A DNA stretch of 64,000 bases from Paludibacteraceae bacterium (GTDB lineage: Bacteria; Bacteroidota; Bacteroidia; Bacteroidales; Paludibacteraceae), in the NCBI GenBank assembly GCA_905236355.1, contig CAJOPG010000134.1:4595-68594 (forward strand), written 5' to 3'. The notes under the pieces were generated by a model, which had not been told where the DNA came from, did no database searches, and saw only the letters and a program-made list of their open reading frames with translations. This document shows positions 47,218 through 56,806 of the stretch, one piece after another (the stretch's first letter is position 1; every line of letters begins with the position of its first letter). The translations under genes were made by a program, and so were the position numbers.

Positions 47218-48495
47218 CTACAGAGCATTCTTCAGCCGGAGCATGTTGGCCGCTTCTATTTTTTGACGGGCATAGTCGAGTGTGACAACATACTCTGAAT
47301 TTTTGGTTTCTTTGCCCGGCACTTCGTACATGACATCCATCATGAGTGTCTCCATGAGCGAGCGTAGTCCCCGTGCACCCAGTTTGTATTCCACTGCTTT
47401 TTCCACTACATAGTCGAGCACTTGAGGTTCAAAGGCAAGTCTCACACCATCCATCTCAAGCAGTTTGACATATTGCTTCACTATAGCATTTTTCGGTTCG
47501 GTGAGAATATTGCGGAGCGCTTCCATAGAGAGCGGCTGAAGATAGGTGATGACGGGTAGCCGGCCTATAATTTCGGGAATGAGGCCGAATGACTTCAGAT
47601 CTTGCGGGGCAATATATTGGAGAAGGTTGTTTTTGTCAATTTGCTGACGCTTGCCCACGGAGTCGAATCCAACGACCTGCGTATTGAGTCGTTGAGCGAT
47701 TTTACGTTCGATTCCGTCGAAGGCGCCGCCGCAGATGAAGAGTATGTTCTGCGTGTTGACATGCACGAATTCCTGCTCGGGATGTTTTCTTCCTCCTTGT
47801 GGCGGCACATTGACCACGGAGCCTTCCAAGAGTTTGAGCAGTGCCTGTTGTACACCTTCGCCCGAGACATCTCGTGTGATGCTCGGATTGTCGGACTTCC
47901 GCGCGATTTTATCGATTTCGTCAATGAAGACGATACCTCGTTCCGCCTGACGGACATCATAGTCACATTCCTGCAAGAGTCGTGAGAGCAGCGACTCGAC
48001 ATCTTCCCCCACATAGCCTGCCTGCGTGAGTACAGTAGCATCCACAATGGTGAAGGGTACTTGCAGCATTTTGGCGATGGTTTTGGCGAGGAGCGTTTTG
48101 CCAGTTCCTGTAGGTCCGACGAGTATTATATTGGATTTTTCTATTTCCACATCATCCGCAGCAGCGGGCTGAAGGATGCGTTTGTAGTGATTATACACCG
48201 CTACAGAAAGGTATTTTTTTGCATCATCCTGTCCGATGACATACATGTCGAGGAACGCCTTGATATCAGCCGGCTTGGGCAGTTTGTCAAGTGCGAGTTC
48301 TGTTTTGGCGGATTTCCGGGTGTTTTTTGGGGAGTCGTCCTTTTGAGTCGCTATCAGCCCCATCTCTTTCAGAATTTCGTTTGCCTGTTCAATACAATCA
48401 GGACAGATATACGCCCCGTCTATACCTGAAAGGAGGTTAGGCACTTCTCTTCCACAGAAAGAACAAAGAGTTTTTGGGGTATTTTTTTTTGCCAT
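47218..48495 (-). CDS. clpX: ATP-dependent Clp protease ATP-binding subunit ClpX
   Basis: Zn ribbon CSFCGREV...CPDC, Walker [24 protein letters not shown] 48495 (MAKKNTPK...) was chosen so that it does not overlap clpP. Confidence 0.93.
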   Translation of the reverse strand: MAKKNTPKTLCSFCGREVPNLLSGIDGAYICPDCIEQANEILKEMGLIATQKDDSPKNTRKSAKTELALDKLPKPADIKAFLDMYVIGQDDAKKYLSVAVYNHYKRILQPAAADDVEIEKSNIILVGPTGTGKTLLAKTIAKMLQVPFTIVDATVLTQAGYVGEDVESLLSRLLQECDYDVRQAERGIVFIDEIDKIARKSDNPSITRDVSGEGVQQALLKLLEGSVVNVPPQGGRKHPEQEFVHVNTQNILFICGGAFDGIERKIAQRLNTQVVGFDSVGKRQQIDKNNLLQYIAPQDLKSFGLIPEIIGRLPVITYLQPLSMEALRNILTEPKNAIVKQYVKLLEMDGVRLAFEPQVLDYVVEKAVEYKLGARGLRSLMETLMMDVMYEVPGKETKNSEYVVTLDYARQKIEAANMLRLKNAL

Positions 48496-48499
48496 TACT

Positions 48500-49162
48500 T
48501 TATTTCTTTTTGTCAAACACCTTGTCAATCATACCATATTGAAGTGCTTCTTGTGCTGTCATCCAGTAGTCACGGTCGGCATCGGCGATAATTTTATCCA
48601 TTGCCTGTCCGGAATGATTGGAGATAATCTGGTAGAGTTCTTCCTTGAGTTTGAGTATTTCGCGGGCGGTGATTTCGATGTCGGAGGCTTGTCCTTGAAT
48701 ACCTCCCATGGGCTGATGAATCATGACTCTGCTGTGAGGGAGTGCGGCACGCATGCCTTTCTCTCCGGCCACGAGGAGTACGGCTCCCATGGATGCAGCC
48801 ATACCGGTACAGATGGTTGCTACTTTGGCATTGATGAACTGCATGGTGTCGTAGATACCCAAACCGGCATATACGCTTCCTCCGGGAGTATTGAGATAGA
48901 GTGATATATCGCGGTCAGCATCGGCGGAGTCAAGATAGAGGAGTTGTGCTTGAATGACATTAGCGGTATAGTCATTCACCTCAGTGCCGAGGAAGATGAT
49001 ACGGTCCATCATAAGGCGGGAGAAGACATCCATTTGTGTTACATTGAGTTGTCGTTCTTCCAGAATGGAAGGGGAGATATAAGAGGCGGAAGCCTGCATA
49101 GCATTTTCCACATGCATGGTATTCATGCCCATGCCTTTAGCAAATTTAAGGAAATCGTTCAT
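48500..49162 (-). CDS. clpP: ATP-dependent Clp protease proteolytic subunit ClpP
   Basis: Catalytic Ser context TGMAASMGA and His context MIHQP. ATG 49162 (MNDFLKF...) was chosen because the track start at 49192 lies inside the predicted -7 box. Confidence 0.9.
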   Translation of the reverse strand: MNDFLKFAKGMGMNTMHVENAMQASASYISPSILEERQLNVTQMDVFSRLMMDRIIFLGTEVNDYTANVIQAQLLYLDSADADRDISLYLNTPGGSVYAGLGIYDTMQFINAKVATICTGMAASMGAVLLVAGEKGMRAALPHSRVMIHQPMGGIQGQASDIEITAREILKLKEELYQIISNHSGQAMDKIIADADRDYWMTAQEALQYGMIDKVFDKKK

Positions 49163-49189
49163 ATCAGTTGGAATATTGTTAATAGGCCG

Positions 49190-49197
49190 CAAAGGTA
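49190..49197 (-). promoter_or_regulatory. -7 box TAnnTTTG for clpP-clpX
   Basis: The minus strand reads TACCTTTG, 28 nt upstream of ATG 49162. Confidence 0.5.
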
Positions 49198-49240
49198 CGA
49201 AGAAAAGTGAAAAGAGGAAAGAGAAAAGTGACTGAGGGAG

Positions 49241-49310
49241 TGGTTGGGGGTGTTTTAGGATGGTTTCGGGTGGTTTGGAAATGGCTTCGGGTGGTTTGGG
49301 ATGGTAGTTA
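49241..49310. repeat. Seven phased 10-11-nt G/T-rich units (C/A-rich on the clpP sense strand)
   Basis: TGGTT-type anchors at 49241, 49251, 49261, 49271, 49282, 49292 and 49302: tggttggggg tgttttagga tggtttcggg tggtttggaa a tggcttcggg tggtttggga tggtagtta. Confidence 0.7.
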
Positions 49311-49312
49311 TA

Positions 49313-49435
49313 GGGCTTTATCCTAATATGTTGATATTATGCTTATCTTATGTTGATGTTATGTTGATGTTATGTTCATCTTATGTTTATCTTATGTTTG
49401 CCTATACTGATTATGAGGGAGTTACACCGGTTTTT
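49313..49435 (-). repeat. Intergenic repeat element with six to seven tandem 11-nt units; homolog of 25993-26081
   Basis: TTATG anchors at 49337, 49348, 49359, 49370, 49381 and 49392, exactly 11 nt apart. The reverse complement reads aaaaaccggtgtaactccctcataatcagtatagg CAAACATAAGAT AAACATAAGAT GAACATAACAT CAACATAACAT CAACATAAGAT AAGCATAATAT ... gataaagccc. Confidence 0.8.
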
Positions 49436-49565
49436 AAGTTTAAAATCAAAGTAAACCATTGGATTTGTGTTAATTATGACAGGGAGCAGTTTTGCCATGA
49501 TACCACGATTCGGGTTTATTTTTCTTGAAAGCGCCAGCATTGTTGTATAATTTCAGGAAAAAGTG

Positions 49566-49573
49566 TATCTTTG
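49566..49573 (+). promoter_or_regulatory. -7 box TAnnTTTG for ileS
   Basis: TATCTTTG, 65 nt upstream of ATG 49638. Confidence 0.45.
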
Positions 49574-49637
49574 CAGGTTGAAGCAAGAGGAAGACGGTCG
49601 ATTTGACATGTTTTCGAAATGATATACGAGACTGAAC

Positions 49638-52600
49638 ATGAAGAAATTTAACGAATACAACAAGTTAGACTTGGCACAAGTATCTCGCGAGATACTGTCA
49701 GAGTGGGAAAAGGAACATTTGTTTGAGCAGTCTGTTCAGACGCGCGAGGGGAGTAAGCAATTTTTATTTTTCGAGGGTCCTCCTTCCGCCAATGGTATGC
49801 CGGGGATTCATCATGTGTTGGCCCGTTCGATAAAAGATACTTTTTGTCGTTACAAGACGATGCAGGGCTATCAGGTTCACCGCAAAGCCGGTTGGGATAC
49901 ACATGGTCTGCCTGTGGAACTGGGAGTAGAGAAGATGCTGGGTATCACGAAGGAGGATATCGGCAAGAAAATCAGTGTGGACGAGTACAATTCCGCCTGC
50001 CGTAAAGAAGTGATGAAATATACAGCGGAGTGGACGAATCTCACGAAGCAGATGGGGTATTGGGTGGATTTGGACAATCCGTACATCACCTACGATAACA
50101 AATATATAGAGACATTGTGGTATCTGCTGAAGGAGTTGTATAAAAAGGGGTACTTGTATAAGGGTTACACTATACAGCCGTATTCTCCTGCAGCGGGCAC
50201 AGGGTTGAGCACGCACGAATTGAATCAGCCGGGGTGCTACAGAGATGTAAAAGACTTGACATGCACAGCAAAGTTTTTAGTAGAGCGGGAGAAGAGTGAA
50301 GGCGAAAGGGGGGAGAGCACTACGCATGGCGCAGGAAGTCTGCCAAGCACGGATATGCCAGTTTATATTATAGCGTGGACCACGACACCTTGGACTCTTC
50401 CAAGCAATACGGCGTTGTGTGTAGGTCCGAAGATAGACTATGTAGCTGTCAGACGGGACGAGGATGTGCTAATTATGGCAGAGGCGCGCATGTCGGCTTA
50501 TCAAAAAGAGTTAGGAGAGAATGCGTCGATTATATGGCGCGGGAAGGGGACGGACCTTATAGGATTGCGTTATCGTCCTTTGTTTCCGTGGGTGAATCCG
50601 GGTGCGGGTGCTTATCGGGTTATTCCCGGCGATTATGTGACAACGGATGATGGTACGGGTATTGTTCATATTGCTCCTACATTCGGTGCGGACGACAAGA
50701 AGGTAGCCGACCAAGCAGGTGTACCCGGTTTATATATGCAGACCAAGGTGAACGGCATGCGTCCGATGGTGGACTTCAGCGGCAAGTATTGGAAGGTTGA
50801 AGAGCTGGATGAGGAGTGGTATAAGGCGAATGTGAACGATGCGTTGTACAGCAAGTATGCAGGCAGATATGTGAAGAACGCATACGACTCCACTTTGACA
50901 GAGAAGGATGAGAGTTTGGATTTGCATTTGTGTTTGGAGATGAAGAGTGACGGCAGACTATTGAAGAGCGAGAAACATGTGCATACTTACCCTCACTGCT
51001 GGCGTACCGACAAGCCTGTATTGTATTATCCGTTGGATTCGTGGTTTATCAAGAGTACGGCTGCAAGAGACAGGATGATAGCGTTGAACGAGACTATCAA
51101 CTGGCAGCCCGAGAGCACAGGTACGGGCAGATTCGGGAAGTGGCTTGAGAATTTGAATGACTGGAACTTAAGTCGCAGCCGCTATTGGGGGACTCCGTTA
51201 CCTATCTGGCGTACAGAAGACGGTACGGAAGAAATCTGCATCGGTTCGATAAAAGAGCTGATGGAAGAGATAGAGAAGGCCCGGAAGGCCGGTGTAATGA
51301 AAGAGAACCCCTGGCCACTTTTCAAAGCGGGAGACTACTCGAAAGAGAATTACGACCCGAAGGTGATAGATTTGCATCGTCCGTATGTAGATAATATTGT
51401 GTTGGTGTCAGCTTCCGGCAAGCCGATGAAGCGTGAGTCGGACCTGATAGATGTATGGTTTGACTCGGGTGCGATGCCTTACGCTCAGAACCACTATCCT
51501 TTTGAGCATAAGGATGCGGCCCGGACGGCAGATTTCATATCGGAAGGTGTGGACCAGACGCGTGGTTGGTTTTTCACTCTCCATGCTATCCATACTATGA
51601 TAGACGATGAGGTGGCCTACCGGAATGTTATCAGCAACGGTTTGGTTCTTGACAAGAACGGTAACAAGATGTCGAAGCGATTAGGGAATGCGGTGGATCC
51701 GTTCAGTATGCTGAACCAGTATGGTGCAGACGCTGTAAGATGGTATATGCTGACCAACTCATCGCCTTGGGAGAACCTGAAGTTCGACCCCGAAGGAGTG
51801 GAGGAGGTAAGAAGGAAGTTCTTCGGGACATTATATAACACTTATTCCTTCTTTGCGTTGTATGCCAATGTGGACGGTTGGAGCATAGAGGAGTCGGCAG
51901 AGGAGTCTGCTTTACAAGAGATAGACCGCTGGATACTGTCGAAGTTGAATTCGCTTGTGAAGGAAGTGACGGAATACTATGAGTCGTATGAGCCGACGCG
52001 TGCGGGCCGAGCCATCGAGAGTTTTGTAGGCAACGATTTGAGTAACTGGTATGTCCGTCTCAACAGGAAGCGTTTCTGGGGGGGCGAGATGGATGCGAAC
52101 AAGCGGGCAGCCTATCAGACTTTATATGAATGTCTGAAGACAACCGCCCAACTGACGGCTCCTATTGCGCCTTTTTATGCAGACAGGCTTTATCGTGACC
52201 TCACGGACGGAGCGACAGTACACTTGAGCAACTGGCCGAAGGCGGACGAGAGTCAGATAGACAAGAGGTTAGAGGCTCAAATGGATCTTGCGCAACAAGC
52301 AACCTCAATGATATTGTCGCTCAGGAAGCGCGCCAACAAGAAAGTGAGGCAGCCGTTGCAGCGTGCCGTTATTCCCGCAACGGATAGTGAGATGCGAACC
52401 AATCTGCTGCATGTGACCGAACTGATAAAGCAAGAGGTGAATGTGAAGGAGTTGCAGATAGTGGAGCCAGACGACGAAGCGGTGCAATTGGTGAAAAAGA
52501 TACGCCCGAATTTCAAGGTGTTAGGCAAGAAGGTAGGCAGTCAGATGAAGGTCGTAGCAGCCGAGATAGGCGGACTGAGTCAGGAGCAGATAAAGCAGAT

Positions 52601-53006
52601 AGAGAACGAAGGCAGGTATCAGTTGTTGACGGTAGATTATGAGTTGAGAGCGGAAGATGTGGAGATACTGACAGAAGATATGCCGGGCTGGTTGGTTCAG
52701 AGTGAAGGTATGCTAACCATAGCGTTAGACATAGAAGTAAGCGAGGAGTTGCGCGAAGAAGGTATTGCCCGCGAATTAGTGAACCGCATACAGAATTTGC
52801 GTAAGACCTCCGGTTTGGAAATAACCGACCGCATTGAAGTGCAAATAAAGAAGAACGACAACATCAATGCGGCAGTGGAGAATTTCAAGGACTACATAGC
52901 ATCGCAGGTGCTGGCACAGAGTTTGTTTTTGGACGACAATGTGAAAGAAGGCGAGGTTCTTGACTTTGATGAATTCAGCATAATTGTAAACCTAAAAAAA
53001 GCATAA
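49638..53006 (+). CDS. ileS: Isoleucine--tRNA ligase (long, type-2-like form)
   Basis: 1122 aa. HIGH-region PSANGMPGIHHV, KMSKS-region NGNKMSKRLGN, and the CP1 editing region. Confidence 0.95.
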   Translation: MKKFNEYNKLDLAQVSREILSEWEKEHLFEQSVQTREGSKQFLFFEGPPSANGMPGIHHVLARSIKDTFCRYKTMQGYQVHRKAGWDTHGLPVELGVEKMLGITKEDIGKKISVDEYNSACRKEVMKYTAEWTNLTKQMGYWVDLDNPYITYDNKYIETLWYLLKELYKKGYLYKGYTIQPYSPAAGTGLSTHELNQPGCYRDVKDLTCTAKFLVEREKSEGERGESTTHGAGSLPSTDMPVYIIAWTTTPWTLPSNTALCVGPKIDYVAVRRDEDVLIMAEARMSAYQKELGENASIIWRGKGTDLIGLRYRPLFPWVNPGAGAYRVIPGDYVTTDDGTGIVHIAPTFGADDKKVADQAGVPGLYMQTKVNGMRPMVDFSGKYWKVEELDEEWYKANVNDALYSKYAGRYVKNAYDSTLTEKDESLDLHLCLEMKSDGRLLKSEKHVHTYPHCWRTDKPVLYYPLDSWFIKSTAARDRMIALNETINWQPESTGTGRFGKWLENLNDWNLSRSRYWGTPLPIWRTEDGTEEICIGSIKELMEEIEKARKAGVMKENPWPLFKAGDYSKENYDPKVIDLHRPYVDNIVLVSASGKPMKRESDLIDVWFDSGAMPYAQNHYPFEHKDAARTADFISEGVDQTRGWFFTLHAIHTMIDDEVAYRNVISNGLVLDKNGNKMSKRLGNAVDPFSMLNQYGADAVRWYMLTNSSPWENLKFDPEGVEEVRRKFFGTLYNTYSFFALYANVDGWSIEESAEESALQEIDRWILSKLNSLVKEVTEYYESYEPTRAGRAIESFVGNDLSNWYVRLNRKRFWGGEMDANKRAAYQTLYECLKTTAQLTAPIAPFYADRLYRDLTDGATVHLSNWPKADESQIDKRLEAQMDLAQQATSMILSLRKRANKKVRQPLQRAVIPATDSEMRTNLLHVTELIKQEVNVKELQIVEPDDEAVQLVKKIRPNFKVLGKKVGSQMKVVAAEIGGLSQEQIKQIENEGRYQLLTVDYELRAEDVEILTEDMPGWLVQSEGMLTIALDIEVSEELREEGIARELVNRIQNLRKTSGLEITDRIEVQIKKNDNINAAVENFKDYIASQVLAQSLFLDDNVKEGEVLDFDEFSIIVNLKKA

Positions 53007-53010
53007 GATT

Positions 53011-53589
53011 ATGAAACGACATTTACTTATTACAGGAGGAATGTGCGTATTAGCATTATTGTTTGTCTCGTGTAATCCGTCTGGCTATCAAGAAGATGAC
53101 ATGATAGGAGTATGGCGTTGCCCCACAACGGGGAAGGAGAATCCTGACGGCTATTACTATGTAGTGTTTAACGCAGAGAAAGACGAGACGGGCGAGTATC
53201 GTTTGGGCAAAGAGTGGGACGAAGGTGATGATGTGCAGGAGGAAGAGGCTCAGTTGTTCAAATGGAAATTGGAAGTGAGAGATTTGACACAAATATATTG
53301 GATGGAAATCAACGAGACTTGGGGTGTGCCAAAATACTACACGGTTACACTGCTGACCAATACTGCGTTGAGTTTCAACAACGGCAACAGGACTTACACC
53401 TTTGAGAAGGTAGCAGAAGCGGAAGTTACTCCGACGGAAGATTCTTCAAGCAACGAAGAAGGCGAAGATACTCCGAACAACGGAGACGAAGATAATCCGA
53501 ACAACGAAACCGAAGAAACCCAAGAAAACGGCGGCGGCGTAGAAACACCTGACAACGGAGGAGAGCAAACAGAGGAACCGCAACAATAG
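53011..53589 (+). CDS. Lipoprotein with a lipocalin-like body and an acidic low-complexity tail
   Basis: 192 aa. Lipobox LLFVSC. IGVWRC... start of the body. The tail is TPTEDSSSNEEGEDTPNNGDEDNPNNETEETQENGGGVETPDNGGEQTEEPQQ. It starts 4 nt after the ileS stop. Confidence 0.6.
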   Translation: MKRHLLITGGMCVLALLFVSCNPSGYQEDDMIGVWRCPTTGKENPDGYYYVVFNAEKDETGEYRLGKEWDEGDDVQEEEAQLFKWKLEVRDLTQIYWMEINETWGVPKYYTVTLLTNTALSFNNGNRTYTFEKVAEAEVTPTEDSSSNEEGEDTPNNGDEDNPNNETEETQENGGGVETPDNGGEQTEEPQQ

Positions 53590-53620
53590 CCATAGACAAT
53601 ATAAGATAAGGAGTTGCATC

Positions 53621-56600
53621 ATGAAAAAGTTCTGGAAGATATTCGGTATTACGCTGGGCTCCATTATCGGTGTTTTACTGATAGCGGTACTGGTGGCAAT
53701 ATATGTGGTTTTCACCCCGCAGCGATTGACGCCGATAGTAAGGAATGTGGCGGACCAATATGTGGGTTGTCCACATGAATTGGGTGATGTGGAATTAACC
53801 TTCTTCTCCACTTTCCCAGAATTCGGTTTACAGATTAACGGACTTTATTTGATCAACCCAATGGAAGGTGCCAAGAGCGACACTTTACTGGCAACCCCCA
53901 AGGTGGTGGCCAAAGTGAATGTAATGCGTTTTTTGCGGGAGAACACACTGGATGTGCCGATGTTGGAATTGGAGGAAGTGACGGCCAACCTATTTTTCAA
54001 CGAGGAGGGAAAGAGTAACTTGGATGTATTTATTTTGCCAGAAGACAGCACCGAAGAAGATACTACCGCTTTCTCGCTCCCCTTTGACAGACTGGAGGTA
54101 GGGTCTATTCGTATGCAATCTCCCCAATTGTCGTATTCAGACAAGCAAAACGATATTGATGCCACCATAGGCGATGTACTTTTAGAAGCCTCGGCAGACG
54201 GATTGGAAGACATTGATTTAGCCCTGACTGCTGAGGATGTGAATGCTACTATCGGCGGCGAACGGTATGCGGAACATCTGAGCGTATCATTTCGTGCGGA
54301 TGATACAGATTTTGATTTGGACAGTCTGCGCGTGATACTTCATGACGCCCAACTTTCCGTCAACGAATTCGGTGTTAAGTTGAATGGTATGGCCGGCATG
54401 CCGAATGACATAGTGTTAGATTTGAATGTTCAAGCCGCCGATTGGGATGCGGTGGAACTACTGAAATTGCTTCCGCAAAGTATAACTTCGTTATTAGACG
54501 GAATAGATATAGACCAAGCAACGGTGAGTGTGAGTGGTGATGTGCGGGGTATATACAATGACAGCGTGATGCCATTGATAGACGCAGATGTGACATTGCG
54601 CGACGGGAAGGCAGCCTATATGGAAGTATTCCCATATAGAATCAGCGACATACAAATGAGAGCCACTGCCCATGTGGACATGAATGAGGAAGAGAAGTCG
54701 GAAGTGAGCATCAGCAAACTACATGCCCGCACGGGCAAGACCACTTTGGATGCGACGGGTCGTGTGTGTGAGTTACTGGGTGATCCCTTGTGTGATGTAT
54801 GTGCGAAAGCGAATGTACATCTTCCCGAGTTCAAGCGTTATTTGGAGAGTGATGGCATCAATACTGATTTAGACGGCACAGCAAAGGGAAGTTTAACTGC
54901 CAAGATTCGTTTGTCGGCCCTAAGCAATATGCAACTGCAGCGAGGTGTCATATCAGGGAACTTTGACATCAGTAATTTAAGTGTAGTGTATGACAGTCTG
55001 TCCGTTGATATTCCTTCCACCACATTGGCATTCAGAATTCCCAATCAGAAGCCGACCAAGAATACCGTTGACTGGATTAGTGCCACTCTGGTTCCGACAT
55101 CATTGAATTTTGAGATGATTGATTTTCTAAAAGCCGGACTTGGAGGAGCCACTATCCAACTGGAGGCCTCTGATGTGTTGAACAAGCAGGTTATCTATGC
55201 GAATATAGGAGTAAAGAGTAGCAAGTTGAACGCCGAGACAGACTCGATGGGCGTTGTGATTAACGCCCCCGAACTACAGGCTTATGCGGAATATGATACG
55301 AAGGCAGAGAACACTATCCCTATGGTGGATGCCAGTTTGGCCTTGAATGATTTGGAAGGTTTTTATACAGATATTAACGCGACTCTGCAACAATCGGAAT
55401 TCACGGCCCATTTGTCGGGTACAGACAAAGACAAGAGCCAACCCAAGGCAAGAGTGTCGCTAAAGACGTCGGGTTTGAAAACCACTATGGGCGAGGATGT
55501 TCATGCCACGACGGGCCGCCTCAACCTTACAGCCCTGGCTCAATACGACCCCTCAAAAGAGAACATCCTATTGCAATGGAATCCGCGCCTGCAGGTTGAC
55601 TTGAATGATGGTGTGGCCGATTTGAAGTCATTTGGAGAGCAGATACAACTACCACAGATAACCTTTGCCTACAGCAATAAGGTGTTTAACATCTCGCAGA
55701 GTGAGATTATCGTAGGGAAATCTGATTTTTCGTTAGTGGGAGAGATCCGCAATATCGGCAAATGGATAGACAAACAGGGTAATTTGGAAGGCGAGCTGAG
55801 TTTCACCAGCGATTATACGGATGTGAATGAGTTGATGGCTCTGATTTCAGCCGATAGCGGATCAGAAGAGACCGCCACTGAGGTTAAGACAGAAGAAGCA
55901 TCCGTTTTACAGGCATCGGCGGAAGACAGCAATCCGTTTCTTGTACCCAAGGATGTGGACTTAACTTTGAATACACACATCAAACAGGCGACAGTGTTTG
56001 ACCAGATTGCCCGTGATTTGGGAGGCAAACTATATATAAAGGATGGTGTATTGGTGCTTGAAGAGATGGGTTTCATCTGCAAAGCTGCGAAGTTGCAACT
56101 GACGGCCATGTACAAGACGCCCCGACGCAATCACCTATATGTAGGATTGGATTATCACATGCTTGACATCAACATAGAGGAGTTGGTGAATATGATACCT
56201 CAAATTGACACCATGCTTCCTATGTTACGTTCTTTCCGCGGCGGAGCAGAGTTTCATATTGCCGCCGAGACTTATTTGAACAGCAAATATGAGTTGAAGA
56301 CATCGACAACAAAGGGGGCATGCTCCATAGAGGGGAAGGACCTTGTTTTGTTGGATGGTGAGACCTTTACACAGATAGCCAAGATTTTGATGTTCAACAA
56401 GAAGACAGAGAATAAGGTAGATAGCCTTTCTGCACAATTTACGGTGTATAAAGATGAGATTGACATATATCCTTTTTGTCTGACAATAGACAAGTATATG
56501 GCAGCAGTGGGCGGCCATCATAATTTGGACATGTCGTTTGACTATCACATATCATTGCTAAAGCCTTTGTATATCGGTGTGGATGTAAAAGGGACTTTTG

Positions 56601-56740
56601 AAGACCTGAAAATCAAGTTAGCCAAATGCCGTTACGCCCAAGATTTCCGTCCGATTATACACAAAGATGTAGAGACAGAGAATGCGTCCCTCAAGAAACT
56701 TATCAACGAAGCACTTAAGCGAAGTGTGAGTATAGAATAA
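53621..56740 (+). CDS. AsmA-family large envelope protein with an N-terminal membrane anchor
   Basis: 1039 aa. TM helix ITLGSIIGVLLIAVLVAIYVV followed by a long beta-rich body. The family was recalled from architecture. Confidence 0.6.
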   Translation: MKKFWKIFGITLGSIIGVLLIAVLVAIYVVFTPQRLTPIVRNVADQYVGCPHELGDVELTFFSTFPEFGLQINGLYLINPMEGAKSDTLLATPKVVAKVNVMRFLRENTLDVPMLELEEVTANLFFNEEGKSNLDVFILPEDSTEEDTTAFSLPFDRLEVGSIRMQSPQLSYSDKQNDIDATIGDVLLEASADGLEDIDLALTAEDVNATIGGERYAEHLSVSFRADDTDFDLDSLRVILHDAQLSVNEFGVKLNGMAGMPNDIVLDLNVQAADWDAVELLKLLPQSITSLLDGIDIDQATVSVSGDVRGIYNDSVMPLIDADVTLRDGKAAYMEVFPYRISDIQMRATAHVDMNEEEKSEVSISKLHARTGKTTLDATGRVCELLGDPLCDVCAKANVHLPEFKRYLESDGINTDLDGTAKGSLTAKIRLSALSNMQLQRGVISGNFDISNLSVVYDSLSVDIPSTTLAFRIPNQKPTKNTVDWISATLVPTSLNFEMIDFLKAGLGGATIQLEASDVLNKQVIYANIGVKSSKLNAETDSMGVVINAPELQAYAEYDTKAENTIPMVDASLALNDLEGFYTDINATLQQSEFTAHLSGTDKDKSQPKARVSLKTSGLKTTMGEDVHATTGRLNLTALAQYDPSKENILLQWNPRLQVDLNDGVADLKSFGEQIQLPQITFAYSNKVFNISQSEIIVGKSDFSLVGEIRNIGKWIDKQGNLEGELSFTSDYTDVNELMALISADSGSEETATEVKTEEASVLQASAEDSNPFLVPKDVDLTLNTHIKQATVFDQIARDLGGKLYIKDGVLVLEEMGFICKAAKLQLTAMYKTPRRNHLYVGLDYHMLDINIEELVNMIPQIDTMLPMLRSFRGGAEFHIAAETYLNSKYELKTSTTKGACSIEGKDLVLLDGETFTQIAKILMFNKKTENKVDSLSAQFTVYKDEIDIYPFCLTIDKYMAAVGGHHNLDMSFDYHISLLKPLYIGVDVKGTFEDLKIKLAKCRYAQDFRPIIHKDVETENASLKKLINEALKRSVSIE

Positions 56741-56759
56741 CAAATGGTAACAATACAAG

Positions 56760-56790
56760 AAAGAGGCTGCCCGATTGTGGCAGCCTCTTT
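56760..56790. terminator. Bidirectional terminator hairpin between convergent genes
   Basis: AAAGAGGCTGCC cgattgt GGCAGCCTCTTT: a perfect 12-bp stem between stop 56740 (+) and stop 56807 (-). Confidence 0.65.
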
Positions 56791-56806
56791 AGTGGTAAGC
56801 AGATTG

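Noticed and set aside
49326-49402. Possible CRISPR array (also checked at 26029-26072 and 60358-60390)
   Set aside because: The units are only 11 nt, contiguous without spacers, and degenerate. No cas genes are in the window.
49301-49528. 75-aa plus-strand ORF (MVVIGLYPNMLILCLSYVDVMLMLC...)
   Set aside because: It is simply the translation of the 11-nt tandem repeat array. Its periodic hydrophobic sequence is an artefact.
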